Part shown: positions 40,001 through 50,864 of the stretch, piece by piece | How the letters are laid out: each line of letters starts with the position of its first letter | How positions within the stretch are numbered: the stretch's first letter is position 1 | From: Thermodesulfobacteriota bacterium | GTDB taxonomy: Bacteria > Desulfobacterota > Desulfobulbia > Desulfobulbales > SURF-16 | Reading direction: 5' to 3' | Assembly: GCA_040755455.1 (NCBI GenBank) | Contig: JBFMAY010000016.1 | Location: 16,199-80,198 of the forward strand | Length of the DNA: 64,000 nt | Translations under genes and position numbers: made by a program | Notes under the pieces: generated by a model | Told to the model about the DNA's origin: nothing | Seen by the model: only the letters and a program-made list of their open reading frames with translations | The model's database searches: none

Positions 40001-40300
40001 GGCTACAAGGCCTTTACCGCGGAAGACGGGGTGGAGGCCCTGCAGGTCCTTAACGAGGAACAGATCCACCTGGTGCTGACCGATATTGAAATGCCGAACA
40101 TGGATGGGCTGGAGCTGACCAGAAACATCAGACGTGACAGCCGGTGGTCGTCCCTGCCGGTCATCGCCGTCACATCCGTTGCCGGGGAGGCGGCCGAGCA
40201 GAACGGCAGGCAGGCAGGGGTTGACGAATATCTGATCAAACTGGACCGGGAACAGATCATCGAAAAAATTCATTTTTACCTGAAAAACAAACAGCGCTAA
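37049..40300 (+). CDS. cheA: Hybrid CheA (Hpt, dimerisation, HATPase, two CheW-like domains, REC)
   Basis: FRAVHSLKG, DPLTHLVRNSVDHGIE, SGRGVGMDVV, LPLTLAI, second CheW-like domain, C-terminal LTDIEMP. Confidence 0.95.
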   Translation: MPLIDDDETLLAFVEESKEHLDGIEADLLAIEEAGANIDADIVNKVFRAVHSLKGGAGFLGLDKVKELAHASENLMNLIRNGELVPTPSIVSTLLDATDLLGKMISNAAASNDVDISAHITALQKAVSANLNDEEKPTLENTVALGTADQPDIFSISEFELNAATKGGNNLFILEYDLIADIEQQGKTPLAVIRELQQTGQLIDSRVDIASVGDLTADIATMRIPFFALFATIMELDLLTGFLGIDSAKVHAVNTVEVLSCAKQGKGEQAAPPTQPEQAPSTAQSTPIQSGPAPKQPADAPSTPPPDALSTGEISGQMTHEESTAKPATGKAAPPSAPKEGLQLKAETNLRVSVKILDNLMTLAGELVLTRNQLVQAVASRNQQGVDNVSQRLNLVTSELQEAIMSTRMQPIGNIFNKFKRVVRDLSRDLGKEVNLIIEGEEVELDKTIIEAIGDPLTHLVRNSVDHGIEVPAICLQNNKPPTGLLRLSAFHEGGQVIIEIEDDGAGINTDKLKVKVLEMGLYDRVQLESMSAKELNKLIFTPGLSTAKVVTDVSGRGVGMDVVHTNLSKLGGVIDIASSLGLGTTITIKLPLTLAIIPSLIVTCQQERFAIPQVNLVELVRVPAGQVKERIEKIGDALVIRLRGELLPLVHLREALGIKNPVYLDPASREIKDERRVNLSDPRGGEKGGSTPAADETTLQQAEFIEKRQGGDRRVNPMSAYNILVLASGDFHYGLIVDQLLDSEEIVVKPLGSHLRNCKCYAGATIQGDGRVALILDVVGISAQMKLNMVADKVKAQMLQIKDEKAGMEDSQSLLIVMNGPGEQMAIPLGLVSRIERIKNADITVTAGRRNIQYRGGSLALFGVEEVASVGMREQSAEACYVVVFPMAGREVGITVSEIVDILDAKLKIDDVTHKQPGILGSMIIFDRITLLVDLYGVVAGIMPEWALIKSQADAGEDKKFNILIVEDSRFFMNQIENFVVEAGYKAFTAEDGVEALQVLNEEQIHLVLTDIEMPNMDGLELTRNIRRDSRWSSLPVIAVTSVAGEAAEQNGRQAGVDEYLIKLDREQIIEKIHFYLKNKQR

Positions 40301-40387
40301 TCGCGGGCGACAGCAGGGCCCTACCCTGCTGCCTTGAGCAGCGGAAACGGGCCGCCATTGTTACCTGGCAACGCAAGGAAACCGGAT

Positions 40388-40843
40388 ATGCAACAATCTG
40401 CAGGGAAAACATCGCAAAACACCAGGGAACTGGCCATCTTTCAGGTGGGAGAAATGCCGTGCGGGCTGGATACTTCCTGGGTGCGGGAGATTATCAAAAA
40501 CACCCAGATTACCAAGGTCCATCTCGCCCCTGATTATGTCAGGGGGGTCATCAATCTGCGCGGCGAAATCGCCACGGTCATTGATCTGCGGAAAAAATTT
40601 TCCCTTGCCCCCTGTGAGGACGACGGGAAAATGGAGATTGTCGTGGTGCGGCGCAGCTCTGAAAACATCGGCATCCTGGTTGACCAGGTGCGGGATGTTG
40701 TCTGGGCTGACGGCAAAAACATCACACCGCCGCCCTCCAATATCAGCGGCGTAACCGGTGTTTTTTTTGAAGGTATCTACAAAATGGAACGGGAACTGGT
40801 CGCCATCCTCAACATCGACGAACTGCTGAAAACCGGAGACTGA
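40388..40843 (+). CDS. cheW: Chemotaxis coupling protein CheW
   Basis: VREII, YVRGVINLRGEIATVIDLR, GILVDQV. Confidence 0.93.
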   Translation: MQQSAGKTSQNTRELAIFQVGEMPCGLDTSWVREIIKNTQITKVHLAPDYVRGVINLRGEIATVIDLRKKFSLAPCEDDGKMEIVVVRRSSENIGILVDQVRDVVWADGKNITPPPSNISGVTGVFFEGIYKMERELVAILNIDELLKTGD

Positions 40844-40864
40844 GAAGAGGGAGCATCTCCCGGG

Positions 40865-42508
40865 TCATTTTTGCTGCAGCACCTCATTGATTGCCGCCCC
40901 CACTTGTTCGGCGGTAAAAGGTTTCAACAGGATCATATTGACTCCCACCTCAAAAGCCTCCCGGTGGTCTGGGCTGTCACTCTGGGTCGTCACCATAATG
41001 ATCGGCAGCTCCTGGGGCGAGTAAAGCGCCCGCAGCTGGCGCGTCAGCTCAATGCCGGTAATGTCAGGCATGTTCAGATCGGTCAACAGCACGTCCGGCT
41101 TGCGGGCAAAAACTTTTTCAATGGCCGTGGCCGGAAACTCAAACAGCTGCGGCTCCATGCCAAGCTGGTAGAGGGTGTTCTTGTAAATGGCAAGAATCAT
41201 CCGGGAATCATCAACCGCATAGACCAGCACTTTCTTCTCCTGCCTGCCGATCTTTTCCGCGACCAGCCTGTCGGCCAGATCAATGTAGCCTTTGGCCCTG
41301 AACAGCTCCTCATAACGCTTTTTCAGATCAGGATGGGCCTTGCTGTTCAGAAATTTAACCGCCAGATCCTGAAACACGGGAAAATCGATAATGCTGAACA
41401 CGATTTTATGGGATTCGGAATTGAGAAAGGCCTCGGTCACATGCTCGGCGTCCCGGCCGCCCTGCCCCACCAGATTCTGCACGCCGGCAATGAGGATGTC
41501 ATCGCAGTTCCATTCAATGGCCCTGGCCGCGGCAATGCGCACCTGATCAACCGGATCGGTCAGTCCTTCCGCCAGCACATAGGCCCCCTTGGCCAGGGGC
41601 ATCATGCCCAGGGCTTCATAGGCGGCGAAGCGAACATTGGCGTCGGCCGGTTCCTCGTGCAGCAGCTTGCGCACCGCCCGCACCGCGCTGATATCGCCGA
41701 TATACCCAAGCACGTTGAGCGAATGGACCAAGAGATCAACATCCGGGCTTGCCAAATTGGCAACAAGCATGGGAATGGCCTTGGCGCCGATCCTGGCCAG
41801 CCTGCTCTTCACATGATTTCTGATATAGGCATGCGGTGAGTTGAGTTCCTTGTTGAGCTGCTCCAAGGCCAGGGCATCCTGCAGATTGGCCAGGGCGTCG
41901 ATGATGATGAGGTCAAGATCACTGTCCGTGCCCATCCGCTCGACAAGGCGCTGCACCGAGGTGGGCGTATCAATGCTGGACAGGGCGTTGATGGCGGCGA
42001 TCACCAGCTCCCGGTGCCCGGAATAGAGAAAATCACTCAACGTGTTGGTCGGGGCAGGATCGCCAATAGCACCCAGGGCAATGAGGCAGGCCTTCATCAA
42101 CCCCAGGTCATCAGTGGTGGCGGCGAGGATCTCTTCCAGAACAGGGATGGCCTCGGCATACTGAATTTCCCCGGCAAGCTCGACCAATACCTGCTTCTGC
42201 CGCAGCTGCTCGCCGGTCAGCAGGGTCAACAGCTGCCCGGGGCTTTTCATCACCCGGCCCAGCAGCAGATTGCGGATAACCGCCTTCGGGATGGCTACCC
42301 CTTTTTCACTGACCAGCAGCCGGGCCAGCAGGGGGACAACCAACTCCCCCTCCAGCCCTGCCAGATGGGCAACAAACTGATTCTGGCCTTTGGCGTCAAG
42401 CTGATCAAAATGGTCGAGGAGAATGGTGCCTTTAATGATGTCGCCTGCGGCAACAACATGCCGCAGTTCGGCAAGCACATCATCCAGTGGTATTTTCTGT
42501 GTCATCAT
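40865..42508 (-). CDS. HEAT-repeat protein with C-terminal receiver domain
   Basis: Repeated ALGAIGD/LGYIGD/VRIAAARA helices; REC VDDS...LTDLNMP...KPF. Confidence 0.88.
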   Translation of the reverse strand: MMTQKIPLDDVLAELRHVVAAGDIIKGTILLDHFDQLDAKGQNQFVAHLAGLEGELVVPLLARLLVSEKGVAIPKAVIRNLLLGRVMKSPGQLLTLLTGEQLRQKQVLVELAGEIQYAEAIPVLEEILAATTDDLGLMKACLIALGAIGDPAPTNTLSDFLYSGHRELVIAAINALSSIDTPTSVQRLVERMGTDSDLDLIIIDALANLQDALALEQLNKELNSPHAYIRNHVKSRLARIGAKAIPMLVANLASPDVDLLVHSLNVLGYIGDISAVRAVRKLLHEEPADANVRFAAYEALGMMPLAKGAYVLAEGLTDPVDQVRIAAARAIEWNCDDILIAGVQNLVGQGGRDAEHVTEAFLNSESHKIVFSIIDFPVFQDLAVKFLNSKAHPDLKKRYEELFRAKGYIDLADRLVAEKIGRQEKKVLVYAVDDSRMILAIYKNTLYQLGMEPQLFEFPATAIEKVFARKPDVLLTDLNMPDITGIELTRQLRALYSPQELPIIMVTTQSDSPDHREAFEVGVNMILLKPFTAEQVGAAINEVLQQK

Positions 42509-42876
42509 TCGCTTCTTTCCTGATCGGCATCGGTCAGCAACCCGCCCTGATACTTTACCACATTGTACAGAGCGAGAGAACTATCAGGATCAAGACTGAT
42601 ATATTCCAACCCCATGCCGAAAGCTCTGCCGCTCTCGGCCCCCATTACCCTGCTGACTTTACATGAGGCCCGCACCTCGATCCGGTCCTCGCCGCACTCG
42701 AGCACGAGCAGCAGACTGCCCCGCGTGCCGACGGGAAGGGGGGCGTCGGTGCGGAGAAATAGCCCGGACATGCTGATATTTTCACATCGATGATCTATAC
42801 GCACCTGGCCCTCTGCTGCAAAAGAGGCCAGTACGACGAAATCAACCCGGGGATGCCTTCTTCTTTCCGTTTTCAC
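42505..42876 (-). CDS. PilZ domain c-di-GMP receptor
   Basis: ERRRHPR (RxxxR) and NISMSG ((D/N)xSxxG). Confidence 0.92.
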   Translation of the reverse strand: MKTERRRHPRVDFVVLASFAAEGQVRIDHRCENISMSGLFLRTDAPLPVGTRGSLLLVLECGEDRIEVRASCKVSRVMGAESGRAFGMGLEYISLDPDSSLALYNVVKYQGGLLTDADQERSE

Positions 42877-42894
42877 ATGTTCTCCTGCGGCCTT

Positions 42895-43725
42895 TTATTT
42901 CAAAGAATAAAAGACCGAATTATGATACTCACGGCGGACAAAACGATCAGTCACGCCGAAAAGCGACTCCGTGGAGCCGATAATCAGGGCGCCATGGGGA
43001 TGAAGCTGGGCGGCAAGACGCTCAAAAAGAGATTTCCGGTTGGGCAAACTGAAGTAAATGGCCACATTGCGGCAGAAAATGATATCAAATTTCCCCATGG
43101 TGACGAATGGTTCCATCAGATTGATCTTCCGGAAAAACGTCATGGCCCGGAGTTCGTCCTTGACCCGCCAGCTCAAGCCATCCGGCACAAAATACTTCTT
43201 CAGCATGTTCTGCGGAAACCCGCGGCCTATTTCGAACTGGGAATACAGCCCGCGGCTCGCCTGCACGATGGCCGTATCGGAAATATCCGTGCCGGTAATC
43301 TTGATGCGGTACTGGGCCATGGAACTGCCCAGCAGCTCATGCAGGGTCACGGCAATGGTGTAGACTTCCTGGCCGGTGGAACAGGCAGCGCTCCAGATAT
43401 TGACTGATTTGCCGCCCCCGCCGGCCCGGGAGGCAACATCCAGCACGTCGGGAATAATCTTGAATTTCAGCAGCTCAAACGGCCGCTGGTCCCGGAAGAA
43501 TGACGTCTCATTGGTACTGATGGCGTCAATGATGTGATTTGCCAGTTCCGGGCTGCGCACCGCCTGATTGTAAAGATCGCCGAACGAGACGAGATTCTTC
43601 TCCCTGAGCAGGGGCAGGAGCCGGGATTCGACCAGATAGGCCTTGGAGGAATCGAGGACGATACCGCTTTTGTCATGGACAAACCGGGCAAGCCGCTGCA
43701 ATTCCTCCGGCGTGACCTTCATCAT
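42895..43725 (-). CDS. cheR: Chemoreceptor methyltransferase CheR
   Basis: TNETSFFRD, WSAACSTGQE, FDIIFCRNV. Confidence 0.96.
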   Translation of the reverse strand: MMKVTPEELQRLARFVHDKSGIVLDSSKAYLVESRLLPLLREKNLVSFGDLYNQAVRSPELANHIIDAISTNETSFFRDQRPFELLKFKIIPDVLDVASRAGGGGKSVNIWSAACSTGQEVYTIAVTLHELLGSSMAQYRIKITGTDISDTAIVQASRGLYSQFEIGRGFPQNMLKKYFVPDGLSWRVKDELRAMTFFRKINLMEPFVTMGKFDIIFCRNVAIYFSLPNRKSLFERLAAQLHPHGALIIGSTESLFGVTDRFVRREYHNSVFYSLK

Positions 43726-44858
43726 TTAACCCGGCTGGCAATTTCTGCGGCGATCTGGTTCAACGGCACGACCACATCGGTGACACCCGCCTTGATCGCC
43801 TCCATGGGCATGCCGAAAACGACACAGCTGGCCCCATCCTGGGCAATTACCTGTCCTCCCTGCTGTTTCATCAACCGCAACCCCTTTACCCCGTCAGAGC
43901 CCATGCCGGTCATGATCACCCCCAAGGCCCTGTTGCCATACACGGAGGCCACCGAGCGGAAAAGATAGTCTACGGCGGGCCGGCAATGATTCTCCGGCGG
44001 ATCATCGGTCAGCTGCAGGAACTCCCCCGCCGCCCTCTTCACCACCTTCATCTGCCTGGCGCCCGGCGCCAGATAAACGGTGCCGGGCTGTAACTGTTCC
44101 TCATCCCGGGCCTCAATAACGTTCAGCACGCTTTTCTGGTTAAGAGAATCAGCCAGGGCCTTGGTGAAGACCGGCGGCATGTGCTGGACAATGACCACCG
44201 GCACCCGGAAGGTACGCGGCAATTTCGGAATGACCTCCGCCAGGGCATTGGGGCCGCCGGTTGAAACGCCTATGGCGACAATGGCGATCCGGCCAGCCGG
44301 TGCCGCAGAAACGATTCTGGGCGTTTCCACGACCGGAGAAGCGACCGGCGGCTTTGCTTCCGGCCCGCTCACGACGGGTCGTTCCGGTGTTGCCGGCCTT
44401 GCCCCAGGCTGGACCTTTGCCCCGGTAAGAGACGAACGCAGCAATTTCCTGGTGGACACACTTTGAATAACCGGCCGCAGCTGTCGCAACAGGGACTCGC
44501 GGTTCTGTTCCAGTGAGGTGCTGTCGGGTTTGGCGATGAAGTCAAAGGCCCCACCTTCCAGAGCCTTAATGGTCACGGCAGCGCCTTCACTGGTATGGGC
44601 GCTGACCATGACCACCGCCACATCCAGCTTCAGCCGCTGCAGTTCGCGCAGGGTGGTCAGGCCATCCATCTCGGGCATTTCAAAATCAAGGGTCAGCAAA
44701 TCGGGCTTAAGCTGTTCAATCTTGGCCAGGGCAATCTTACCGTTATTTGCCGTGCCGACCACCTCAACATCAGGAATCCTGGCCAGGATGTCACTTAATA
44801 CCTTGCGGTAGAGAACGGTATCATCCACCACCAGCACCCGTATTTTCCGTGAAGTCAT
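43722..44858 (-). CDS. cheB: Chemotaxis methylesterase CheB
   Basis: REC plus [28 protein letters not shown]. Confidence 0.96.
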   Translation of the reverse strand: MTSRKIRVLVVDDTVLYRKVLSDILARIPDVEVVGTANNGKIALAKIEQLKPDLLTLDFEMPEMDGLTTLRELQRLKLDVAVVMVSAHTSEGAAVTIKALEGGAFDFIAKPDSTSLEQNRESLLRQLRPVIQSVSTRKLLRSSLTGAKVQPGARPATPERPVVSGPEAKPPVASPVVETPRIVSAAPAGRIAIVAIGVSTGGPNALAEVIPKLPRTFRVPVVIVQHMPPVFTKALADSLNQKSVLNVIEARDEEQLQPGTVYLAPGARQMKVVKRAAGEFLQLTDDPPENHCRPAVDYLFRSVASVYGNRALGVIMTGMGSDGVKGLRLMKQQGGQVIAQDGASCVVFGMPMEAIKAGVTDVVVPLNQIAAEIASRVK

Positions 44859-46657
44859 ACTTTCCGCAACCTTATCTTTTCTATGAGATCAATCAGTTTA
44901 TCTTTGATAATGGGTTTGGTGAGAAAACCGTCCATGCCCGCATCATAACATTGCTGTTCATCCTCTTTGCGGGCATGGGCGGTGAGCCCCACGATATAAA
45001 GCGGGCCGGTGGCGCCGGCAAGGGCTGCGTAATGCTCCTTTTCCGCCGAGGCCTCGATCTCCCGGATCTTGCGGCTGGCGGCGTGCCCATCCATATTGGG
45101 CATCTGCACATCCATCAGGACAAAATCATAATGATGCTCTTTCAGCATGGTGATGGCCTGCAGGCCATCGCCGGCAACCTCGGCCCGGCAGCCGGCCTTC
45201 TTCAGCAATAAGGTCACCAGCCGCTGGTTGACGAGATTATCCTCGACCACCAGCACCTTAAGATCACCCTTGCCGGGGGCCTCCACTGCTCTCTGGGCAG
45301 GGATGCTTTCCCCTTCACCTGCAACCGCAATCCTGGCGGCAGGAACCCCGGTACGCAGCAGGCTGTCCGCTGACGCATTGTCCTTTGGCAGAGAAATGAC
45401 AAAACTGAAGGTGCTGCCCTGGTCCACAGCGCTTTCAAGTTCAATCGTGCCGTTCATCAGGTTGACAAGCTGACTGGTGATGGCCAGCCCCAGTCCGGTG
45501 CCGCCATACTTGCGCGTTGTTGAGCCGTCAGCCTGGGTAAACTTCTCAAAAATCGCCTTCTGCCGGTCAGGGGGAATGCCGATGCCGGTGTCACGCACCG
45601 CAAAACGCAGCTTAACCAGCTGCTCATCTTCCTGCAGCCTGTCCACGGCAATGACAATATCACCCCTGCTGGTAAATTTCAGGGAGTTGCCCACCAGATT
45701 GACCAATATCTGCCGGAGCCTGTTCTCATCCCCGATAAGAGTGGCGGGAATAGCGGAATCAACCTGATAAAACAGCTTGTTTTCCTTGCGCAGGGCCTGG
45801 GAGCGGAACATGGCCTCCACGTTTTTCACCAGACTCTCCAGCTGGAAAGGACCGGGATCAAGTTCAAGTTTTCCCGCCTCAATCTTGGCGAGATCGAGAA
45901 TATCATTGATAAGCACCAGCAGACTGGCGGAGGCCTTGCCGATGGTTTCGGCAAATTCCCGTTGTTCAGCGGTCAGGTCCGTTTCCAGCAAAAGCCCGCT
46001 GAAGCCGATGATGGCATTCATGGGCGTGCGCAGCTCATGGCTCATATTGGCCAGAAACTCGCTTTTCAGGCGGCTTGCCGCTTCAAGACTGGCGTTGGCC
46101 TCCCGGAGCTGTCTGGTCTGTCTGGCAATCTCGCTCTCCAATTTTTTGGCGTATTCCTTTTCTTTCTCCTGGATCAGCAGAAATTGCTGGTGGTTGTCAT
46201 CGAGCAGCTTGGTATGCTTGCTGTTGACAACCTGCATCCGGCGGTTAAGCTGCTCATTTTCGATGATCGCTTCCTGATGCTGGCAACGGAGCAAGGCCAG
46301 CATCAGGGAATTATGATAGAGACCGGCCAGACGGGGGTTCCTGCCTAAATCCTCGTCCAATCCCTCAGCCTGGAAAACCAGCAGTGCGCAGCAATCAGCA
46401 ACCCGGATGCCATGTATCCACCTGTTACCGGCAAGACGGAGGCTGTTGAAGCTCTCCCCCTTGGCGGCATGCTCCTGCAGCTGGACCAGGATATCGGCGG
46501 AATGTCTTGCTCGAGACGGCGGGACAACAGCACCGTTATCTCCATACAGGGTAACGGACGCTTCGGGCAGGATCTCGGCAAGGACAGCATGGAACGCGCG
46601 TAAATCCTCATCGCCATCGGCAAATTCGGCAAATACGTCATCAATGAGGTCAACCAT
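44855..46657 (-). CDS. Cytoplasmic hybrid histidine kinase (HisKA-HATPase-REC)
   Basis: [22 protein letters not shown]-terminal LMDVQMP; no TM segment. Confidence 0.93.
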   Translation of the reverse strand: MVDLIDDVFAEFADGDEDLRAFHAVLAEILPEASVTLYGDNGAVVPPSRARHSADILVQLQEHAAKGESFNSLRLAGNRWIHGIRVADCCALLVFQAEGLDEDLGRNPRLAGLYHNSLMLALLRCQHQEAIIENEQLNRRMQVVNSKHTKLLDDNHQQFLLIQEKEKEYAKKLESEIARQTRQLREANASLEAASRLKSEFLANMSHELRTPMNAIIGFSGLLLETDLTAEQREFAETIGKASASLLVLINDILDLAKIEAGKLELDPGPFQLESLVKNVEAMFRSQALRKENKLFYQVDSAIPATLIGDENRLRQILVNLVGNSLKFTSRGDIVIAVDRLQEDEQLVKLRFAVRDTGIGIPPDRQKAIFEKFTQADGSTTRKYGGTGLGLAITSQLVNLMNGTIELESAVDQGSTFSFVISLPKDNASADSLLRTGVPAARIAVAGEGESIPAQRAVEAPGKGDLKVLVVEDNLVNQRLVTLLLKKAGCRAEVAGDGLQAITMLKEHHYDFVLMDVQMPNMDGHAASRKIREIEASAEKEHYAALAGATGPLYIVGLTAHARKEDEQQCYDAGMDGFLTKPIIKDKLIDLIEKIRLRKV

Positions 46658-47517
46658 TATTTCTCCTGCTCGGAATCATACAGCTCTTTTGCCTTGGCCA
46701 TCTCCGCCGGCAAGGCCTTGAGCAGTACCTTGTAATCCGCCATCTTGGTCTTCAGATGTCCAGCCAGATAGGCAGGCAAGGGATCACAGCGGCCGGTTAC
46801 CACACCGTATTGCATCTTGCAGGCCATGAATTCGGCCAGCTGCAGGATAGCGATGACACTGGGGATGGGGAATTGCCTGTCATGGCTGTGATGAAAACGG
46901 ATGGCCTCGACAACCTGATCCGGCAGATGCCATTCCGTGGCCAGCAGACGCCCCACTTTCGCATGATTGGTGCCGATGACCGTGTCTTCCAGCACGGTTA
47001 TCGACTCCTCGTGATCCTTGGCAAGATAGTCCGTGCAAACCCGCCGCAACTCTGCCCCGGCCAGCTGGTCTTCAATGATCAGCCCGATATCATGGATAAT
47101 GGCCGCCAGAAAAACATCTTCGCCGTCCTCGCCGAAAATACGGCGGGAAATCATCTGGGACAAAATCGCCACCGTGGCCGAATGAATCCAGAGACTCTTA
47201 GGCGAAAAAATTTCCCCCTTGTCCTTTTCCCGGTATAAATTCCGCAGTCCTTCCACGGCCACAAGATTGCGCAGGTGCTTCATGCCGATGAACACCACCG
47301 CCTTGGCAATGGAATTCACCTGACTGCTGAGGCCGAAATAAGGACTGTTGACCAGCCGGAGAAGACGGGTGACCAGCACCGGATCAAGCCTGATAATCTC
47401 CTCGAACTCCTGCATGGTGGCCGACTCGGTGCCGACCATTTGCGCAACCCGGATCGCCACATGCGGCAGTGTTTTCATATCATTGAACTTGTCAACGAGA
47501 TTTTGAGCTGACGGCAT
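46657..47517 (-). CDS. HDOD domain protein
   Basis: [33 protein letters not shown]...IRFHH. Confidence 0.93.
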   Translation of the reverse strand: MPSAQNLVDKFNDMKTLPHVAIRVAQMVGTESATMQEFEEIIRLDPVLVTRLLRLVNSPYFGLSSQVNSIAKAVVFIGMKHLRNLVAVEGLRNLYREKDKGEIFSPKSLWIHSATVAILSQMISRRIFGEDGEDVFLAAIIHDIGLIIEDQLAGAELRRVCTDYLAKDHEESITVLEDTVIGTNHAKVGRLLATEWHLPDQVVEAIRFHHSHDRQFPIPSVIAILQLAEFMACKMQYGVVTGRCDPLPAYLAGHLKTKMADYKVLLKALPAEMAKAKELYDSEQEK

Positions 47518-47582
47518 ACTCTCTCTTTGCTTGAATTTTTCGCATGAGCCCTTCGCACCACCTGATGAACGGAGAATTGCAC

Positions 47583-47909
47583 TCAGATGATTGATTTGAA
47601 TTGCCGCAGCAATGACTCCAGGTCGGGAAGCAGATTTTTCGCCCCGGCAAGATCGCCTGACCGGCCAGCCTTTTCCAGTTCAGATGCCACGGCGCGGATA
47701 CTCTCGATCCCAAGACTCGCCGCCGCCCCCTTGATGCTGTGGGAGGCATCACCCATGGCCCCGGCATCGCCCTGAGCCGCCCCCTCCTTAATTTTTGCCA
47801 GATCACTTGCCGATGAATCGTGGAATAAGTTGAGCAATTCCTGAAGCAGTTCCTCATCATCACTGGACTGCTCCAGGGCGAAAGCACGATCCCAAATGAA
47901 GTCACCCAT
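47583..47909 (-). CDS. Hpt phosphotransfer protein
   Basis: ASHSIKGAAASLG motif; 108 aa, helical. Confidence 0.92.
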   Translation of the reverse strand: MGDFIWDRAFALEQSSDDEELLQELLNLFHDSSASDLAKIKEGAAQGDAGAMGDASHSIKGAAASLGIESIRAVASELEKAGRSGDLAGAKNLLPDLESLLRQFKSII

Positions 47910-48006
47910 TATCTTCTCCTTTACTCCCCTATCGTTGCCCTGGGGTAATGAAATATATTTATTGATAAGTTATATTAAATAAAAGAATCAGGAACCAGTT
48001 TTTTTA

Positions 48007-48669
48007 TTAACTTCCTTGAGTTAGTCGTACTTTTTCTGTAATTTCTGCAAAACTGATGACCCCTTCCCGGATGAGCGCGAGCCTTCCCTCCCGCAGTCCA
48101 ACCAGGGTTGACCCCTGTCCTCCCGGCGTCCTGCCGCCGTCAATGACAAAATCAAGGTGCCGGCCGAATGCCTGACGGACCTCAGCGGCCGTGACCGCGG
48201 CGGGTGCTCCGGAAATATTGGCGCTGGTGGCCGTTACCGGCTGATCGAGCTCGCGGACGAAACAATGGGCCAGGGGATGGGAGGAGATTCTCGCCCCGAC
48301 TGTCCCGGTTTGGCCGGTGACCAGGGGAGACAGGGAAAGGTGGGCGGGAAAGACAAGGGTAAGAGGACCCGGCCAGAAATCCATGAGCGGCAGGTAAACC
48401 GCGGGAATTTCCGGGGTGAGCATGGCCAGATGGCTCATGCCGGCTATAAGAGTGAGGAGCGGTTTGGCCGACGGCCTTTTTTTCAGGGCAAAAAGGCGGG
48501 CAACCGCCTTTTCATTAAAGGGATCAACGGCCAGACCATAATAGGTTTCCGTGGGAATGGCCACCACCCCGCCCTGACGGATGACGGCCAGCGCCTGCCG
48601 TATTTCATCGGTCGGCGGCAAGGAGCCGGCCTGCGCCCCTGCTCCTTGCCCCCCGTTTCTTGCAACCAT
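48007..48669 (-). CDS. tsaC: L-threonylcarbamoyladenylate synthase (TsaC/YrdC)
   Basis: PTETYYGL, LKKRP, WPGPLTLV, TATSANISG. Confidence 0.93.
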   Translation of the reverse strand: MVARNGGQGAGAQAGSLPPTDEIRQALAVIRQGGVVAIPTETYYGLAVDPFNEKAVARLFALKKRPSAKPLLTLIAGMSHLAMLTPEIPAVYLPLMDFWPGPLTLVFPAHLSLSPLVTGQTGTVGARISSHPLAHCFVRELDQPVTATSANISGAPAAVTAAEVRQAFGRHLDFVIDGGRTPGGQGSTLVGLREGRLALIREGVISFAEITEKVRLTQGS

Positions 48670-48693
48670 ATAAGGATAACGTTTCTTGTGTGG

Positions 48694-50460
48694 TCAGAAA
48701 ACAATATTCCTGGCCTTTTCTTCCACCTGCCGGGCCATTTCTTCCTTGAAGTCAAGGAGTTTGCGGGCAAGTTTCTCATCCGTAACCGCCAGGATCTGGC
48801 TGGCCAGAATGGCGGCGTTTTTCGCCCCGGACTTACCGATGCCCATGGTGGCAACCGGGATGCCCGGCGGCATCTGGACCGTGGAGAGCAGCGAATCCAG
48901 GCCATTGAGTGACGAGGAATCTATCGGCACGCCGATCACCGGCAGGGTGGTGTGCGCGGCCAGCACCCCGGCCAGGTGGGCGGCCATGCCGGCCCCGGCG
49001 ATAATAACCTTGAGTCCCCTGCTCCGGGCACTGGTGGCGTACTCGGCAGCCCGGGCCGGGGTGCGATGGGCCGAGGCAACGGTCATTTCGCAGCCGATGC
49101 CGATCTCCCGCAGAAAATCACTGGCCGCCTTCATCACCGGCAGATCCGAATCACTGCCCATGACGATGCCCACCTGGATGGCGCCCTGCCCCCGGCGCAG
49201 GGCCTTCTGACCGATATCCTTCCGGAAAAAGCATTGCTCCCAGGAAATACGGTTGACCGCTTCATAGGCCCTGGCAATAGCAGCCTGCAGCGTGCTGCCT
49301 ATCGCCGTCACGCCAAGCACCCGGCCGCCGGTATTGACAAAATTGCCGTCCGCCAATCCTGTGCCGGCATGAAAGACGACCACATCCTCCAATTTTGCCG
49401 CCTGGTCAAGGCCGGTGATGACTTTCCCTTTTGCATAGGAGTCCGGATAGCCGCCGGAGGCCATCACCACGCACACCGTGGGCCTGGGATCAATAGCCAG
49501 GGAGATGTCTGCCAACCTTTGCTCAATCACCGCCTCAAACACATCCACCACATCATTTTTCAGGCGCATGAGCAGGGGCTGGGCCTCCGGGTCGCCGAAA
49601 CGGCAGTTGAATTCCAGTACCTTCGCCCGACCCTGGTCAATCATCAGCCCGGCATAGAGCATGCCCTTATAGGGGCGGCCTTCGGACTCCATGGCCCTAA
49701 CCGTGGGCAGCATAATCTCCTCCATCACCTGGCGATGCAGATCGTCGGTCACCACCGGCGCCGGGGAATAGGCCCCCATGCCGCCGGTATTGGGTCCCCT
49801 GTCGCCATCAAAAATCGCCTTATGATCCTGGGAGGTGGGCAGAGGCAGAATGGTTTTCCCATCGGTAAAGGCAATAAAAGAGGCCTCCTCGCCGGCGAGA
49901 AACTCCTCGATCACCACCCTGTTGCCCGCATCACCAAAGGCCTTGTCCGCCATGATCAGATCCACGGCCTCACGGGCCTCGGCAATACTATGGGCGACGA
50001 TGACCCCTTTGCCGGCGGCAAGCCCGTCCGCCTTGACAACCACGGGCGCCTTGATCTCCTCCAGATAGGCCATGGCCTGCTTCCGGTCGGAAAAAACCTT
50101 GAAAAATCCCGAGGGAATACCATATTTTTCCATGAGGGTCTTGGTGAACACCTTGCTGCCTTCCAGGATCGCCGCCCGGCTGTCCGGCCCGAAAATGCGC
50201 AGTCCCTTTTCCGTGAAACGATCCACAATACCAAGGGTGAGGGAGGATTCAGGTCCCACCACCGTCAGATCTATTTTTTCCCGCAGGGCAAAGGCAAGCA
50301 GGCCATCCACATCCGTTGCACTGATGTCCACACAGGCAGCCAGAGAAGCAATGCCCGCATTGCCCGGAGCACAAAAAATCTTGCCCGCTCTTCTGCTCTG
50401 GGCCAGTTTCCAGACAAGGGCATGCTCTCTGCCGCCAGAACCAACAACTAGAATATTCAT
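48694..50460 (-). CDS. purD: Fused GAR synthetase PurD and N5-CAIR mutase PurE
   Basis: [37 protein letters not shown], then in frame [33 protein letters not shown]. Confidence 0.95.
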   Translation of the reverse strand: MNILVVGSGGREHALVWKLAQSRRAGKIFCAPGNAGIASLAACVDISATDVDGLLAFALREKIDLTVVGPESSLTLGIVDRFTEKGLRIFGPDSRAAILEGSKVFTKTLMEKYGIPSGFFKVFSDRKQAMAYLEEIKAPVVVKADGLAAGKGVIVAHSIAEAREAVDLIMADKAFGDAGNRVVIEEFLAGEEASFIAFTDGKTILPLPTSQDHKAIFDGDRGPNTGGMGAYSPAPVVTDDLHRQVMEEIMLPTVRAMESEGRPYKGMLYAGLMIDQGRAKVLEFNCRFGDPEAQPLLMRLKNDVVDVFEAVIEQRLADISLAIDPRPTVCVVMASGGYPDSYAKGKVITGLDQAAKLEDVVVFHAGTGLADGNFVNTGGRVLGVTAIGSTLQAAIARAYEAVNRISWEQCFFRKDIGQKALRRGQGAIQVGIVMGSDSDLPVMKAASDFLREIGIGCEMTVASAHRTPARAAEYATSARSRGLKVIIAGAGMAAHLAGVLAAHTTLPVIGVPIDSSSLNGLDSLLSTVQMPPGIPVATMGIGKSGAKNAAILASQILAVTDEKLARKLLDFKEEMARQVEEKARNIVF

Positions 50461-50611
50461 CTCATCTTCTCCGTAACTGTTTTGTCGCATGAGGAATGAC
50501 CCGGGCCGGATGTTTTCCCTATTTCAGTAACCTGACCCCAGTTCACCCCGCAAGATTGTAAGGAAAATTGCAAAAACTTGCACCGATATGCAAAAATACT
50601 TCATTTTACCC

Positions 50612-50665
50612 TTGACAGAGCGCACATGGGTCTCTATCATAGGAAAAAAATGAATCATTATTCAT
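50612..50665 (+). promoter_or_regulatory. Sigma70 promoter with downstream palindromic operator for the TetR gene
   Basis: TTGACA (50612-17)-N17-TATCAT (50635-40); palindrome ATGAAT-CATT-ATTCAT at 50650-50665. Confidence 0.7.
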
Positions 50666-50864
50666 AATAATTACACAATTTCAATTTCACGCAATAACAT
50701 TTTTTTTTGGCAATTACTATCTTACAATTTCTTGAATCAAAAGTCAGTTGTCAGCCAGCCAAAAATCAACTGCTTGATTTCACATATAAAAAATAGAATA
50801 ACACCAACAATACCTTTGTACAGGGGTTTTTTTATACCCCAAAGCGCAAGTTAGATTCTTACTG

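Noticed and set aside
20311..50451. Long antisense ORFs (20311-21582, 25493-26884, 29556-31127, 36982-38406, 40871-41839, 48952-50451)
   Set aside because: Each lies opposite a well-supported gene; expected shadows in GC-rich coding DNA.
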